Assembly: GCA_000708835.1 (NCBI GenBank)
Contig: DF237525.1
Location: forward strand, 1 to 57,179
Direction of reading: 5' to 3'
DNA: 57,179 nt
DNA from: Klebsormidium nitens
Lineage: Eukaryota; Plantae; Klebsormidiophyceae
Below are positions 45,901 through 57,179 of the stretch, piece after piece (positions within the stretch are counted from its first letter, which is position 1; each line of letters begins with the position of its first letter). The notes beneath the pieces were generated by a model, which saw only the letters and a program-made list of their open reading frames with translations, did not search any database and was not told the DNA's origin. The translations under genes were made by a program, and so were the position numbers.

Positions 45901-48900
45901 GTAACCCCCCCAAAGCGATGTTGACCTTCTCTTCCACTGGGTCGTCTAAAACGTCTCTCGGGCCGCCGCTTGCGCTGGGGGGGGCTACCGACGAAGAAGC
46001 GGAGCCGGCGGGCCGGGCGGGGGGGGTGATTCCGACTTTGACGTCTTCCCCCCCGAGAGAGAAGCCGGCGGCGGAGGAGGGCCGGGAGGAGAAGGGGGGG
46101 CCCTCGGAAGGAATGAGCGGGGCGGTGAGTGGTGACGATTGGGCCTCGTCTCCGTCCTCCCCATCTGCATTTTGAATAAGAAGGTCTAAGAGCGGCGCTT
46201 TCGTGCGGCTTTTCTTCTCCAAACTTTCGACCTTATGCACCGATCGTTCTGTTCTGGACGTTGATGGTTCTCGTATTCCTCAAAAACAAGGCCGCCGTCG
46301 ACGATTGGCTTGAGAGCGATTCCTAAACCTCCGTGTCCACCACTTACAACGCCTTCGTCCTCTGAACTGCCAATCTCTTCAGACCTCCAAGTGAAGATAC
46401 TCCATCAAAAGAAAACACGTTTGTGGACGTGAAGGGAACGCTTTTACCTTATTTTCTAGGCACGAGCCCAACCCGAAGACGCCCCTTGAAAGGAGGATCT
46501 TACCTTCCGGCGACTTCTTCACTTACGGTGCCTACCTCAAGTCAGACCCATTCGTTTGGAAGAAACCTTCACGCTAAAGAGGCTCAAAGAATCTCGTTTC
46601 CTCTTACCAAAGTCTTCGTCATCATCTTCGTCTTCGTCTGAGTCGTCCAGCATGTCCGGATCGACCTCGTCCGGCCGCAATGTCCGAAGCGTCCGGCACT
46701 TCCGGGCCATCGTCGCATCATACGAGCCCAACTGCGTCATACCGATCCCCAAAATCCAACGCTAAAACCATACTTTCCAAAACCCCGAACCCGTAAACTC
46801 AGACGTCCACCTACCAAGATCCTCGTCGTCGTCTTCGTCATCGTCCGAATCGTCCAGCGGGTCCAAACCTACCTCGTCCCGCCATAGCGTCCGAACAGTC
46901 CGGCACTTCCGTAGCCTAATCAATTGGTTCACACCGATTCCCAAAATCTAACTCTAAAACCCAAAGTGTCGAAAACCCCGAACCCCTAAACTCAGACGTC
47001 CACCTACCAAGATCCTCGTCTTCATCTTCGTCTTCGTCCGAGTCGTCCAGCATGTCCGGGTCGACCTCGTCCAGCAAACGCGTCCGCAAGTGAAACGAAT
47101 CTATAAACCCGAACTCAACTCTGTTGTGAACCTCTAAGACTCCAATACCGAACATCAATCCTCAAATCTTAGATGACAAGTCCACCTACCGAGATCCTCG
47201 TCGTCATCTTCGTCTTCGTCCGAGTCGTCCAGCATGTCCGGGTCGACCTCGTCTGGCCGCAGCGTCCGAAGCGTCCGGCAGTTGCGCGCCATCGTCGCAG
47301 AGATGGCCGACAGCACGGCCTGCTGCTCGGCGTGGCTCACGCAGCTGGCCGGCAGAAAGAACTCCACCACGTAGTCGTCGTCCCCAGTCTGGTTGCAAAA
47401 TAGAGGGAAAAGTATCTGGTAACCAACTTTGTGGAGATTTTCCGCGACCCCGTTCTTTTGAATGGGTTGACTGGGAACAACTGAAAAGCAAGCTGGCCGG
47501 CAAAACGAACTCCATAACGTAGTCGTCGTCCCCAGTTGCGACGTCCAGTTGCGACGAACCGATCAGATCGTCAGTGTCACAGCTACTTCCAGTCAAAATG
47601 CCAATTTCAGTGGAAAGGTCTGGTCTGTCTGCTGCTGAGCGGAGTTAAACTGGCTTAGTCGACACTAAAGTTAGTAGGTTGCTCGGAAGGTGTTGTGAAT
47701 GTCGGGGATTGAGACTCTTCTTCACCAGAGAAAGCCAGATTGAGAGTCCTGCGACAAGCAACTGACAGGCAGGAAGGGATCCACCACGAAGTCATCGTCC
47801 CCAGTCTAGTTGCGACAAACGGAGCAGATCGTCAGTATTTGCTCCCCTACATCTGTCATCTGACCAGATTATACGCGACCAGGAGTTCTATACCATAGAA
47901 TCTAGGCCCAAACTCATTGCGAAACGTGTCCGCACTGCGACAGGTCTGCCTGTTGCGAATGCTGAACGCACTGGGGCTGTTAAACAACAATCAAACGGCT
48001 GCAATACGGCCTTGGCCGTAGTAGGACTAGACTTCTACGCTCCATCTGCCCTTCTTTTCGTACTCCTGAGGATCGACTCCGCTGCCCTCAGGCCAAATTT
48101 CGATAAGACGACCTTGCTATCTGAGCAGCTTATATCATAAGTTACAAAACACAAGAAGACTTAGGAGAAAAATAGAAAAGCAAACGGACATCAGTCCTAC
48201 CTGCGTACTCCGGAGTCGGATCGACACCGCGGCCCCCAGCCCAAAGTGGCGCGCGTAATGTCCAAGTGGGTACTGCAACTTGCTCAGCTCCTTCACGTCC
48301 TCACAGAACGCGGGCGTGTTGCGCAGAAGCGCCTGGCCCGGAGTGCCCTGCCCGGCTTGGAGCTTGTGCTCGCAGCATGCCTGTTTACAAAACGGGAGGG
48401 GCTCCGTATACTGACGAAGGGGGTGAACGTACTTTTTGCACCAGAAGAGAAAAGGGCTTATACATTGCGGCTCTTGTCCAAAAAAACGAAAGCGCCTGAC
48501 CCGGAATCCTGTGGGCTTGCCTTAAGGCACCTCTGTCCACAATTGAGGCTGCGGGTCATATGTAATGGGGAGAGTTGGGCTCCGTACGCCTATGCAGTCA
48601 GCGACCACTTTTCAATGTCAATTGCAGAACATTGCCGTTGTAGTATCCCGTACAAACGAAGAAGGACCAAAGTTCAAGCGACAATCAACCCACCTTCCGA
48701 GCATGCTCAAAACCCTTCCCGTTCCAGAACAAACGCAAATGACACCAAACAAACACTGAGGGGGGTTCCAAATCCCACCTGCCGAAACCCCCAGAGCCGC
48801 GCGTCAGTCACGCAGCACGGCCCCCCCTCCGTCCGCAGCACTTTCCCCTCGTCCACGCTCACGTGTCCGGAGCCCCCGCTCTCGTCCGATTCGTACGGCA

Positions 48901-51213
48901 GCCAGCACTGGGCGACCGGGAGGCCGTTTTCCTCACACACTCTAGTTAGCACGTCCAGGATCTCTTGCATGACGGGCCCCTGAAACGAGGGGCGGATCTC
49001 CTGGGGTAGGGGCTCCCATGCGCGAATGCTCGACAGGCTCACAGCCTGCAGGGAAGGGGTTTAGAGTTGCGTTACGAAAGCGTATGCAAGATGCAAGGGG
49101 ACGGGGTTCGAAGTTGAAACAGGCGCCTTCACAGTTGTCAGCGGACCAGGAAGAAAGCACATTTTACATCTTCCATGGGGTCGCTTGAAGGAAAGCCCTG
49201 GAGAAAAAAAAGACCTTTGACGGAAAAGCGGTGTACCAAGGCGGCTTCCAACTTACCGACAGCGCAGATGAACCCGCGTACTGATCATTTCTCTTCCCGA
49301 TCCAGATCTCAGGGACAAGTACGTCAAGCAACGTAAAGGCAGAGCGCATCTCTGCTGCCGTCTGCCTGGGAAACAACCCTCAGCAGTTTTGAATGCAGAA
49401 TGAAACCCGTGCGTGATCTGGCTCAGCTTTTGGCTACACCTCCAAGAACGCCCTTGACCCTAAATTCGCGCAAGCATAACCTCAAAAGTAACCCACCTGC
49501 AGAGCATTACAGATGGAGTCGATCTGCTGCCCCGCGCGCACGTCCTCCCCCATCATTACCAGCTCCATCACCGCAACCGGCCCCTCTCTAGTTGGCTCAA
49601 AGATGGGCACCGCCAGCGAGCCCCGGACGTTGCACCTGCGCGCACAATGACGTCAGCATTGAGGATGTGACACCACCAGAACGATAACAACGCGCGGTTT
49701 GAGCTGATGCGTTTGAAAGTCAAGTGTGCAGTTTCAGTTGCTGCTTCAGAATGAAGGTTGAGATGGGGTTCTAACTGATGGCACAACACTCTGCTCTGCA
49801 CATGGGTTGGATATACACAGATCCCTATCTTTGGGAAGCCTAGATTCAATTTTAGCCTTCTACGAATCCTGGCTGCAACCTGGCAATGCGGCTAGCAGGA
49901 TGGCGCACTCTTGCTTCCCCTCCGCATTCCGACTTTCCTATACTATGTCCGATGCCTCAACTCTCAGAGCACCATATCCTTAGCAGGACTTTTGCATTCT
50001 CAAAGCTTCCACGCTCTGGAAAAGCATTTAGCTTGGGATCAAGAACCAGGGGCCACTATGGTGTCAAGCATCTGGCGCTCCCGGTCACTTTATCTCTCCA
50101 ACTGTTGACAAGACAAGCAGTGAAATGAAGCCGATTGCACAAAACGCCCTCTCACCGTGTTGCATGGTCCACTCTGAGGTACTCTGCGCTCGTGTAATAC
50201 TGCACGTTCGGCGACCACTCCGGCCGCCCCGACTTGAACACGCGCCCCGGCAGCCCCTGAAACCCGGTGCCCATCTCCGCGTCAAACAGGAAGCTCGCGC
50301 TCACGTTCCGGTACACTTTCAGCTTATCCAGCGCTTCGTCCACATGGTACGGCTGCTCGCGTGTGGTTAACAACTGCCGGGAGCCCTCCTTCTTCGGAAC
50401 CCAGATTTGCGCGAGGATGTCCCGCCGCGCTTGGCCGACGAACTTGAGCGCGTGCAAGAGCCGCTCCCGGAAGCGGTTCGGAAACTGGTCCGTCTCCGGA
50501 GGGATCCCCCTGGGGACGATGGACTGCACCTCGACGTTCTCCGGCTCTCTCGGACTGTCCGACTCGCCGGACTCGTCCAAAAAGGGCTCCCCCCCGTTGC
50601 GGCCCCGCTTTGGAAGCGGCTCGAGCGCGAGCGAGTCCTCTTCCTCCCCGTTTCTACCCCCCCCCTGAGACAGACTTTCGCCTGCATTTCCCCCCAACAT
50701 TGCAAGAAGCGCGCCCTCCATTCCCCCAGAAGGAGAGCCCGCCCCTCGGAAGATCGAAGAGAAGCCCCCCGAGGTGGAGGGCGCTTGGGGGGAGGGTGAG
50801 CTCGGGGAGGGGACCCCAAACAGAGAAAAGCTAGCGTCTGGACCCCCCAGCCAGCCGTCCGTCAGATGATCCGGAAGCGGGTCCAACTCCATCAGCTCTG
50901 ACATCAGCGCATCATTACTCGGGTCCAGGGGACTCATCCCCTCCTGGCCGTTTAGACCCGGGCTGCTGGGGAAGAGATCCCCTGAGAAAGCCCCCCCCCA
51001 ACTGTTCGCAGTGCGCTCCTCAAACACATCCGGGGGGGGGCTCGGAGAGCCATTCGGAAGGGGGTGTGCCGCGTGCTCGTCCTTTCCCCCCAGGGAGTCA
51101 AAGTGGAGGTTTGCTGGGAGGTCAAAGTTGGTTAGCATTGAGGGCGACCAGGGGGGAGGCGCGCCGGGGGCTGCCAGGACCTCGGTCGGCCCCGGGCTGC
51201 TCGACCGGCCCAT
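39908..51213 (-). CDS. NLP: NIN-like protein (NLP) transcription factor: N-terminal GAF-like nitrate-responsive region, RWP-RK DNA-binding domain, C-terminal PB1 (about 1390 aa after correcting two 1-nt frameshifts)
   Basis: Exons 51213-50156, 49635-49497, 49045-48779, 48380-48201, 47388-47190, ~46248-45095, 43642-43473, 42705-42002, 41041-40895, 40054-39908. An in-frame TAA lies two codons before the ATG. NLP motifs [68 protein letters not shown]. The 5' boundary of exon 6 is uncertain (46248 or ~46278). Confidence 0.92.
39980..42030 (-). other. PB1 domain of NLP, split over three exons
   Basis: LTVKATLGQ|[49 protein letters not shown]|[21 protein letters not shown], with the basic VKAT lysine and the acidic OPCA motif KYLDDEQEW. 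Confidence 0.92.
41050..41720 (-). repeat. Four to five decayed copies of branch point, acceptor and 5' part of the NLP PB1 exon
   Basis: Copies of CTTAACCACATCCGGCC...CAG|GACACTGCCCGGTTCAAG with acceptors near 41158, 41270, 41383 and 41495, plus a faint copy near 41710. Confidence 0.88.
45345..45551 (-). other. RWP-RK domain coding segment of NLP
   Basis: [71 protein letters not shown]. Confidence 0.95.
46604..47080 (-). repeat. Three copies of the 3' half plus donor of NLP exon 5 (acidic [20 protein letters not shown] segment)
   Basis: Copies at ~46604-46745, ~46805-46925 and ~46995-47075, each ending G|GTAGG or G|GTAAG. Confidence 0.9.
47495..47840 (-). repeat. Two decayed copies of the acceptor region plus 5' end of NLP exon 5
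   Basis: [15 protein letters not shown] at ~47495-47545 (AG lost) and TAG|[13 protein letters not shown] at ~47775-47810. Confidence 0.85.
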
Positions 51214-53053
51214 AGCTTATGGAGGAAGCGGCGGGTTATCCCCTGGCGTGCGAGAAACAGGCTACGAGGCACGAGCGATCCGGCTGACGGTCTAGGCACC
51301 ACATACTGCCCAGAGGGGCCCACCGATCTTTCGAGGTTGGACGTGAATCGTGCCAACTGCTACCTGCTCGAGTTGCGCGCCGAGTTCCGCCCCTCTGATT
51401 GCTATGCTATTTCTTCCCCCTCCATCTGATCCTTTTCCCGCCCTACTTCTGTCTTCAGACCCTGTTTGCTGCCGCTACTCCTGGGTGTTGCACACGCAGC
51501 AGGTTTCTGTAGCTTCTATGCGCTTGTTACTCTTTAAACCTAAGTAGACTCCGGAAGAAAGCTCCAACCTGTGATCAAGAAGAGTTGGATAAATCAATCC
51601 GAAACACCATCTAGGGGAGTGACCAACACAACGGGAACCACTCTGCCACTCAAGCAAAATCACCAGCTTGTATGGTGTGGTCATGTCAAAGAGAGTCGAC
51701 AAGATACATAAGCCGCCTGCGATCCCACATATAATCATCTATCCTAGTAACATCATGCTGAAATGGAAGTTTCTGCCCGCCGGAATTTCTTATATTCGAT
51801 TCAGCATCGCATTTTTAACGAGCGGCTAACGACATCAGCGCAATGTCGCCATGAGTCAGATAGTAAGCAGCCATCTGAAGGCGGTGAAGATTTGCAGGGT
51901 AAGTCATTCTTTCTTCTGAGACACCCTGGCACGCAGAGTGCAGATTCGCAAAGTACAGCCACAACTGAAAAAGCTAGCTCTAGCAGCGCTGCAACTCAGC
52001 AGCCATGAGAAAGCTCGTTTACTCGTACTGTGTTGGTTGGAACACTAAATGCGTATTAACCTCTCTTGGAGGCTTGCCACGATGTCCCTAGAGACTTGTA
52101 GAGACCACGGAGGCCTTGTAACAAATCATTTTCCGGATAATCGACGCGTTCACCACCTTCAATCAAGTATCCTATGTTCTTGTTGAGCGCAACATCTAGC
52201 AAACTTACAAGAAGCAACAGAGGAGAAGCAGCTTTTCCTCACCGCTGCACGAGACTCGTGCAATGCAGGGACACACGAACTGCCCAGGAGCTTTCCCCAG
52301 AAACTTCTCGGAAATTTCTGCCTGCCTTTCTCCTTCCTTTAGGTAGCTTTTTCCACGTGACTGCCCCAACCAATACCCTCACCCCTGTGTTGCAGACTAT
52401 AAGATCTTGAGTACTATTTTGCTCGTAACGAAACAAGGTTGCCAAGCATATCCATATGCCAGAAACTTTCTGAGCACCTAAAGCAACAGATCTCTACGCC
52501 GGCACACACCCCTGGCAAATCTAGAACATTGCTTTGTACGTTGCAAACACTTCAGTAGATACTTTGTCACCAATCACTCCTGTTCAGAAGCGGTTGTTAG
52601 ACGTCTGAGCAGGAGACCATGACATTTCCACAGCACGACTTTCACTCAGCTCATATGCAGATTGCAATGCCCGTCCTTTGGAAATGTCATGCAGGAAAGC
52701 AAGATTTTCTCGATCGTCTCTAGCTGCGGGCTTGCAGGCAGTTGCTCAGAAGTAGCCTGTATCGAATTTGTAGTTCGTCTTTAGTGCAACTCCCGCTCAC
52801 CTTGGACCGTTCGATTGAATTCTCAACAGAAGCTGAAAGGATTCGTGGACATAAGTTGTTCGACATGACCAACTTTGTGCCATGTGGCACACATGGGTAG
52901 GGTCTAAACTCAAACCACTAAAGGCTCTGCACCATTGCCAGCTGGCGGCTGCGGCGACCAGCAAGATTCAGCTGGGCCCTGGCACATTTCTTCAGGTCTC
53001 CTCGCGGCCAAAATTCTAGCGTCGAGTTTTCGGCTGCTGGGAAGTTCGGCCTG

Positions 53054-53117
53054 CATGATGGTCATGACGCTCATCATGGTCATGCTGGTCATGATGGTCA
53101 TGATGGTCATAATGCAT
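53054..53117. repeat. 9-bp tandem repeat (CATGATGGT-like), about 7 copies, between the NLP 5' end and the TMX 3' end
   Basis: catgatggt catgacgct catcatggt catgctggt catgatggt catgatggt cataatgca. Confidence 0.85.
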
Positions 53118-53794
53118 TCCACATGCAGCAATTGGCCGGAAGGAATTCTTGGAGCTTGCCAGCCAGCCCATTCAAGTTAGATTACCTAGTGCTATGTAAA
53201 GTGTGCCAGTGCAGTGGTGCATGATGTGTGAGTGTGTGTAACCAGGCTATGGTGTGATGGGTAAATATCCAAGCAACCTCGCCCTGAGCGCAATGGGAGC
53301 GCATCATGTGTGCTTGAGCAATTTCAAGTATCATTCAATGTGGGCTTTCGCTCACCACCAAGAGCTCATATATAAGTGCAGCTCATTCGCACATACAAAG
53401 TGGACTTTGACGACTTCAGACTTGACTAGAGATTCGAAACACCGAGAACTTTACACCTTCAATATAGTGGGATGGCCGGAAGCCTCCACTCTTTGCATCC
53501 CGGCGTTCCGATCGAACCTTAACAATTACAGTCAGAAGTTTGAGTTCGTCAACCCTTTCCAACTACTCGCGGATATGCATTGGTCTCATTCTTGACACAC
53601 TGAAATGCAGGTTGAATGGAGATGTTGCAGGGCAACCGCACATGACCGAAGATTGATCTTTCGAGGTGACGGGATTCAGGCACTTTAGATTGACTAGACT
53701 CCATTGAAATCACGACGTGATACGAGATGGTTGAAGCGAAGGATACAAACGCTTTCCAAAGCACTCAATGACCAGGTTCGATATCTTAGATACT

Positions 53795-56549
53795 TCATCG
53801 CCCTTTCTTCTCTTGTTGCGCTTTGTGTAGCTGCTTCACTCGAGCGCTTGTCTTTTTAACTCGATCTGTCCCCGCTTGCTGGAACCGGATTAAGGATGTG
53901 GCCACCAGGAGTAGAAGCAGAGCGCCAGACAGCCGCGCAAGAGGGTTCAACTGAAAGAAGGACAAGCAAAGTTACTTCCCCTCCGAAAAAGTGCGGGAAC
54001 TGCTGACCAGGTCGAAGAATCTTTTGATATCAAATCAACTTTTAGAGTGCAAAAGGGTGGCAACGGTGCACTGTTCAGGTAGATTCTTAGACGAATCAGT
54101 TATCAAAAAATAAACACATAAAGATTAAACAGCGGACTGTCAAAAAAGGCGAATCCTCCAAGTACATTTAATCAACCAAGCACTGGACGGTAAGCTCGAA
54201 ACGTTCTAATCAAAGACGGCCATTAGACACTTGAGATAAGCGAAGATTAACTTTGGCAAAATGATGGGGGCCTACAGAATGAATCGAAGCGTCTTACCTT
54301 ATTGTACTCAGCCCACGCGGTGGCCAGCTTCTCCCTCAGTTGCTGCACCACGCCTTTCTCGAGCGGCACGCTCTCAGCTGGCGCAGCCCGATACCCGCCC
54401 TGCTAAATAGCAGATGGAACATATCAAGCTCTGTAGACATACGTACTCAGTGCGGACATTTTTGCTGGGGTAGGGTTCGCATCGACCAGATAGAGGATTG
54501 GTTTCGTAGAACTTGATCACGCCAGCACTGCTGAAGCCGCCGATAAGCCTGCCAGGATCCAGAAAGTCGTTGATTTAACCCGAGGTTAATGTGCAACATA
54601 GGCGTGATTGAATCCCCAGCGTCTCTGATTGATGCGGCCTCTTCCAAACGACCTGTAATGCTGACAGATCCAAACCGTTGGGATCAACCACTCTCGATAT
54701 TGGGGATATAGTCACAGCCTCTTAGGTCGAAGAGCGTCTCCCTGCTCAGAAGGCTACTGCTTGAGTCTTGAGATGGCACAAGAGTGCAGCTTTTATCCAT
54801 CGTTCCGGCCAAAGTACCTCATAGACTGAAATCGGAGACGTGCAACCTATCGGTGCCGTACGCTGTTTGTTGTGACAGCTGTTTCTGGAGTGCAAAAGGG
54901 GCTTCGAGATAAAAGGACTCGTTGATCCCTAGAGTTTCTCACTTGAGATTTCGAACATTTATTTGAACAAAGCGACTCACTGCCCAACCATCACATCTTG
55001 GAAGACACACACCTGAAAAAAACTACTGGTGTCCAATGAACCTCACCTCCAGAAACTCTCTGAACTGGTCTGCCGAATGACCTCCCGTGTACGAGTACAT
55101 TTTCCGGTCCCGGAACAGTTTCAGGATGGGCGTGCTTTGGATGTCAAAACGATAGGCCGTGACGGGGTTTCCCGTTACGTCAACCTGAGAAGGAAACAGC
55201 AAACCTGGGCATCTGTGGAACTCAGTTGGCTTTACTGTGACTAGAAGGTGCCTGAGATCAGGCCGCCTCTTGTGAGAGAATAGTTCCAAAAAGAGGTAGG
55301 AGAAGAGGTCTTTGGACATGAGCTGGCTTAGACGAGTTGCAACAGTCGGAGGGTTTCAGGGGTGGAAAGCTTTGGGGATAGTACAGGTGGTTCCATGAAG
55401 TTATCAGGGTGATACGAATGAACTTAAACTCCAGGGGCCGAATAGAAATGGATTTGTAGTGCGACTTCACTGGCGCCTCAAATTAGAAAATCTTGCAACG
55501 GCGAATCATGACTGCGGCTGTGTCCGCCTTTCTTTCTAATTGTTTGATCACGCAAAAGAAGTGAAGGAATAAACGGTTGGCAGATGGGTCACCAAGGAGA
55601 TTATGAGGTAACACCGCTTTAAAGACGCTCTCCAGTCAAAACGCTTTCCATGTGCCATCTTCCTTATCTGCCTCTTTTCGCACGAGGCTTGTGAGCTTTC
55701 AAATCTCACCAACCAATCATGTCAGGAGATGTTCGGCAGCCTTTCTACTGCTCATTCTCTGATTGTACGGTCGGCTGAGTGGCAGAAAACGAGAATCTGC
55801 CATTGCTTAACCTTAGTCCATAAGAAAGGATTCACTTTACGTGGTTGACAGGCTCACCTTCGCCAAGATTGCGTTGTCTTCAAAGTCTTGTGCAAGTTCG
55901 CGAAATGCCTTTTCAATTGCTTCGCAGGCGGGGCAGTTTGGTGCGCCAAAAAGGACGAACCTGCAAATCACACCCACTGCTTGGATTTCTGTGACCCAAA
56001 GACCCATACCTGTTTGGCTTCGGGACGCATAAGTTCACAAGCAAGATCGCTAAACATACACAACAAGATTGTCTCCACCTTTCCTGGTCTCAGAGATTGT
56101 TGCTCCTGAACAATCAGGTCGTGCGCCTTCGTCCCGTCAGACCTCTCGCCGAATTGTACACTTGATCAATTGTACCACCACTCTAGCTCTAAGAACCAAT
56201 TTAACATTTGTGTGCTCCACAATGAGTCTTTCCAAACGATTGAGGAGACGTCGTGACTTCCTGGAAGAAATCCACTAGCTTGCCACAGGCTAAACTTAGA
56301 TGAGCTGACTTGCAAATAGAAACTTCAAGCAACTCCACAGATAAATGGGCGCCATAAAAGCTGGTCTTACCAGACCCCCGTTGTTTGCCCACTTGCTGCC
56401 TGCGTGTCATGCTCAAAGGTTTTGTCGTTTAGCTCCAAAAGTCTTGCTGTGTTGTCATCATCTATAACGTTCGCCCCCGCAGAATGCGAGAAGCACAAGA
56501 GTGACAGGAAAACAAGGCTACATAGGCGGAAGCTTCTCTTTGCCGCCAT
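53795..56549 (-). CDS. TMX-like ER membrane thioredoxin/PDI-family protein (signal peptide, one Trx domain with CPAC, C-terminal TM helix, KKxx ER-retrieval signal), about 225 aa, 5 exons
   Basis: Exons 56549-56371, 55960-55858, 55184-55047, 54399-54298, 53950-53795; phases consistent. LLELNDKTFEHDTQAASGQTTGVWFVLFGAPNCPAC...AKVDVTGNPVTAYRFDIQSTPILKLFRDRKMYSYTG...LSGALLLLLVATSLI...EKKGR*. Confidence 0.88.
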
Positions 56550-57179
56550 CGCGCTGTCCCTAGGAGCTAGACCCTCAATGAGCATGTGTGTACAATTCAA
56601 AACCGTCATCAAAAGCAACAATTTAGAGTAGGCCGGGTGGCTCCAATCTGCACCTGCTGCACCTGCTGCACCTAGCTACTTGCAAAATTGAAGTTAATAT
56701 TACGAAAGTTGAACCTGCATGAAGAAACCGTGGCTGCTGCGTTGGTGCTAGCCCAGATTGAGGCGGCCTCAAAATGGATAAATCCTGAGTTGTCGTTCCA
56801 GCGTTTGGTCATACCGTAGTCCAACGTGATCATTCCGAAAGGATTTTTCCAGTAATATTTTCCAACAATCCGATCAGGAGTGCGGATTTATTTATGCGGA
56901 TTCCGACCAGAATCCGAATGCCCTATGTTCATACTTGAAGAAGCATTTTAGGACTGATTTGTGCAGTTTTCAGCCTTCCGAGGACCATTTCAGATTTATT
57001 TAACCTTTCCGAATTTCCACTTTCCGAACGGGAAATCTGAATTTCTGACTTTCCGAATGCAAATAATGAATTATTTATTCGGATTCATTACCTTGGACTA
57101 CGGTACCTATTTATTCTCAGTACCGGTATATCAAACGACGTAGGTAGTGTATTGAACTTGAAATGCCACCGGATCACCG

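Noticed and set aside
45045-46175. 376-aa + strand ORF
   Set aside because: Antisense shadow of GC-rich NLP exon 6.

Overview
Eukaryotic, intron-rich, roughly 50% GC genomic DNA with one assembly gap (N at 20838-21253). The gene content and intron style suggest a streptophyte alga such as Klebsormidium, which is an inference. I reconstructed six genes exon by exon from GT-AG sites and reading-frame phase. (1) The 5' end of a short-chain dehydrogenase (-). (2-4) A cluster of three paralogous genes (A on -, B and C on +) for large secreted proteins. Each has a signal peptide, four malectin-like domains and Ala/Pro-rich AGP-like linkers, with no transmembrane helix, kinase or GPI tail. (5) A complete NIN-like protein (NLP: GAF-like nitrate-sensing region, RWP-RK, PB1; -). 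It keeps the nitrate-pocket residues known from AtNLP7, but two exons are each one base short at homopolymers. (6) A TMX-like ER membrane thioredoxin (-) with an NCPAC active site and a KKxx tail. The most striking unexplained structure is a set of at least nine 'exon-edge echoes': decayed tandem copies of exon ends together with their splice sites, in the introns of genes B, C and NLP. They include several intact decoy acceptors in front of the NLP PB1 exon.
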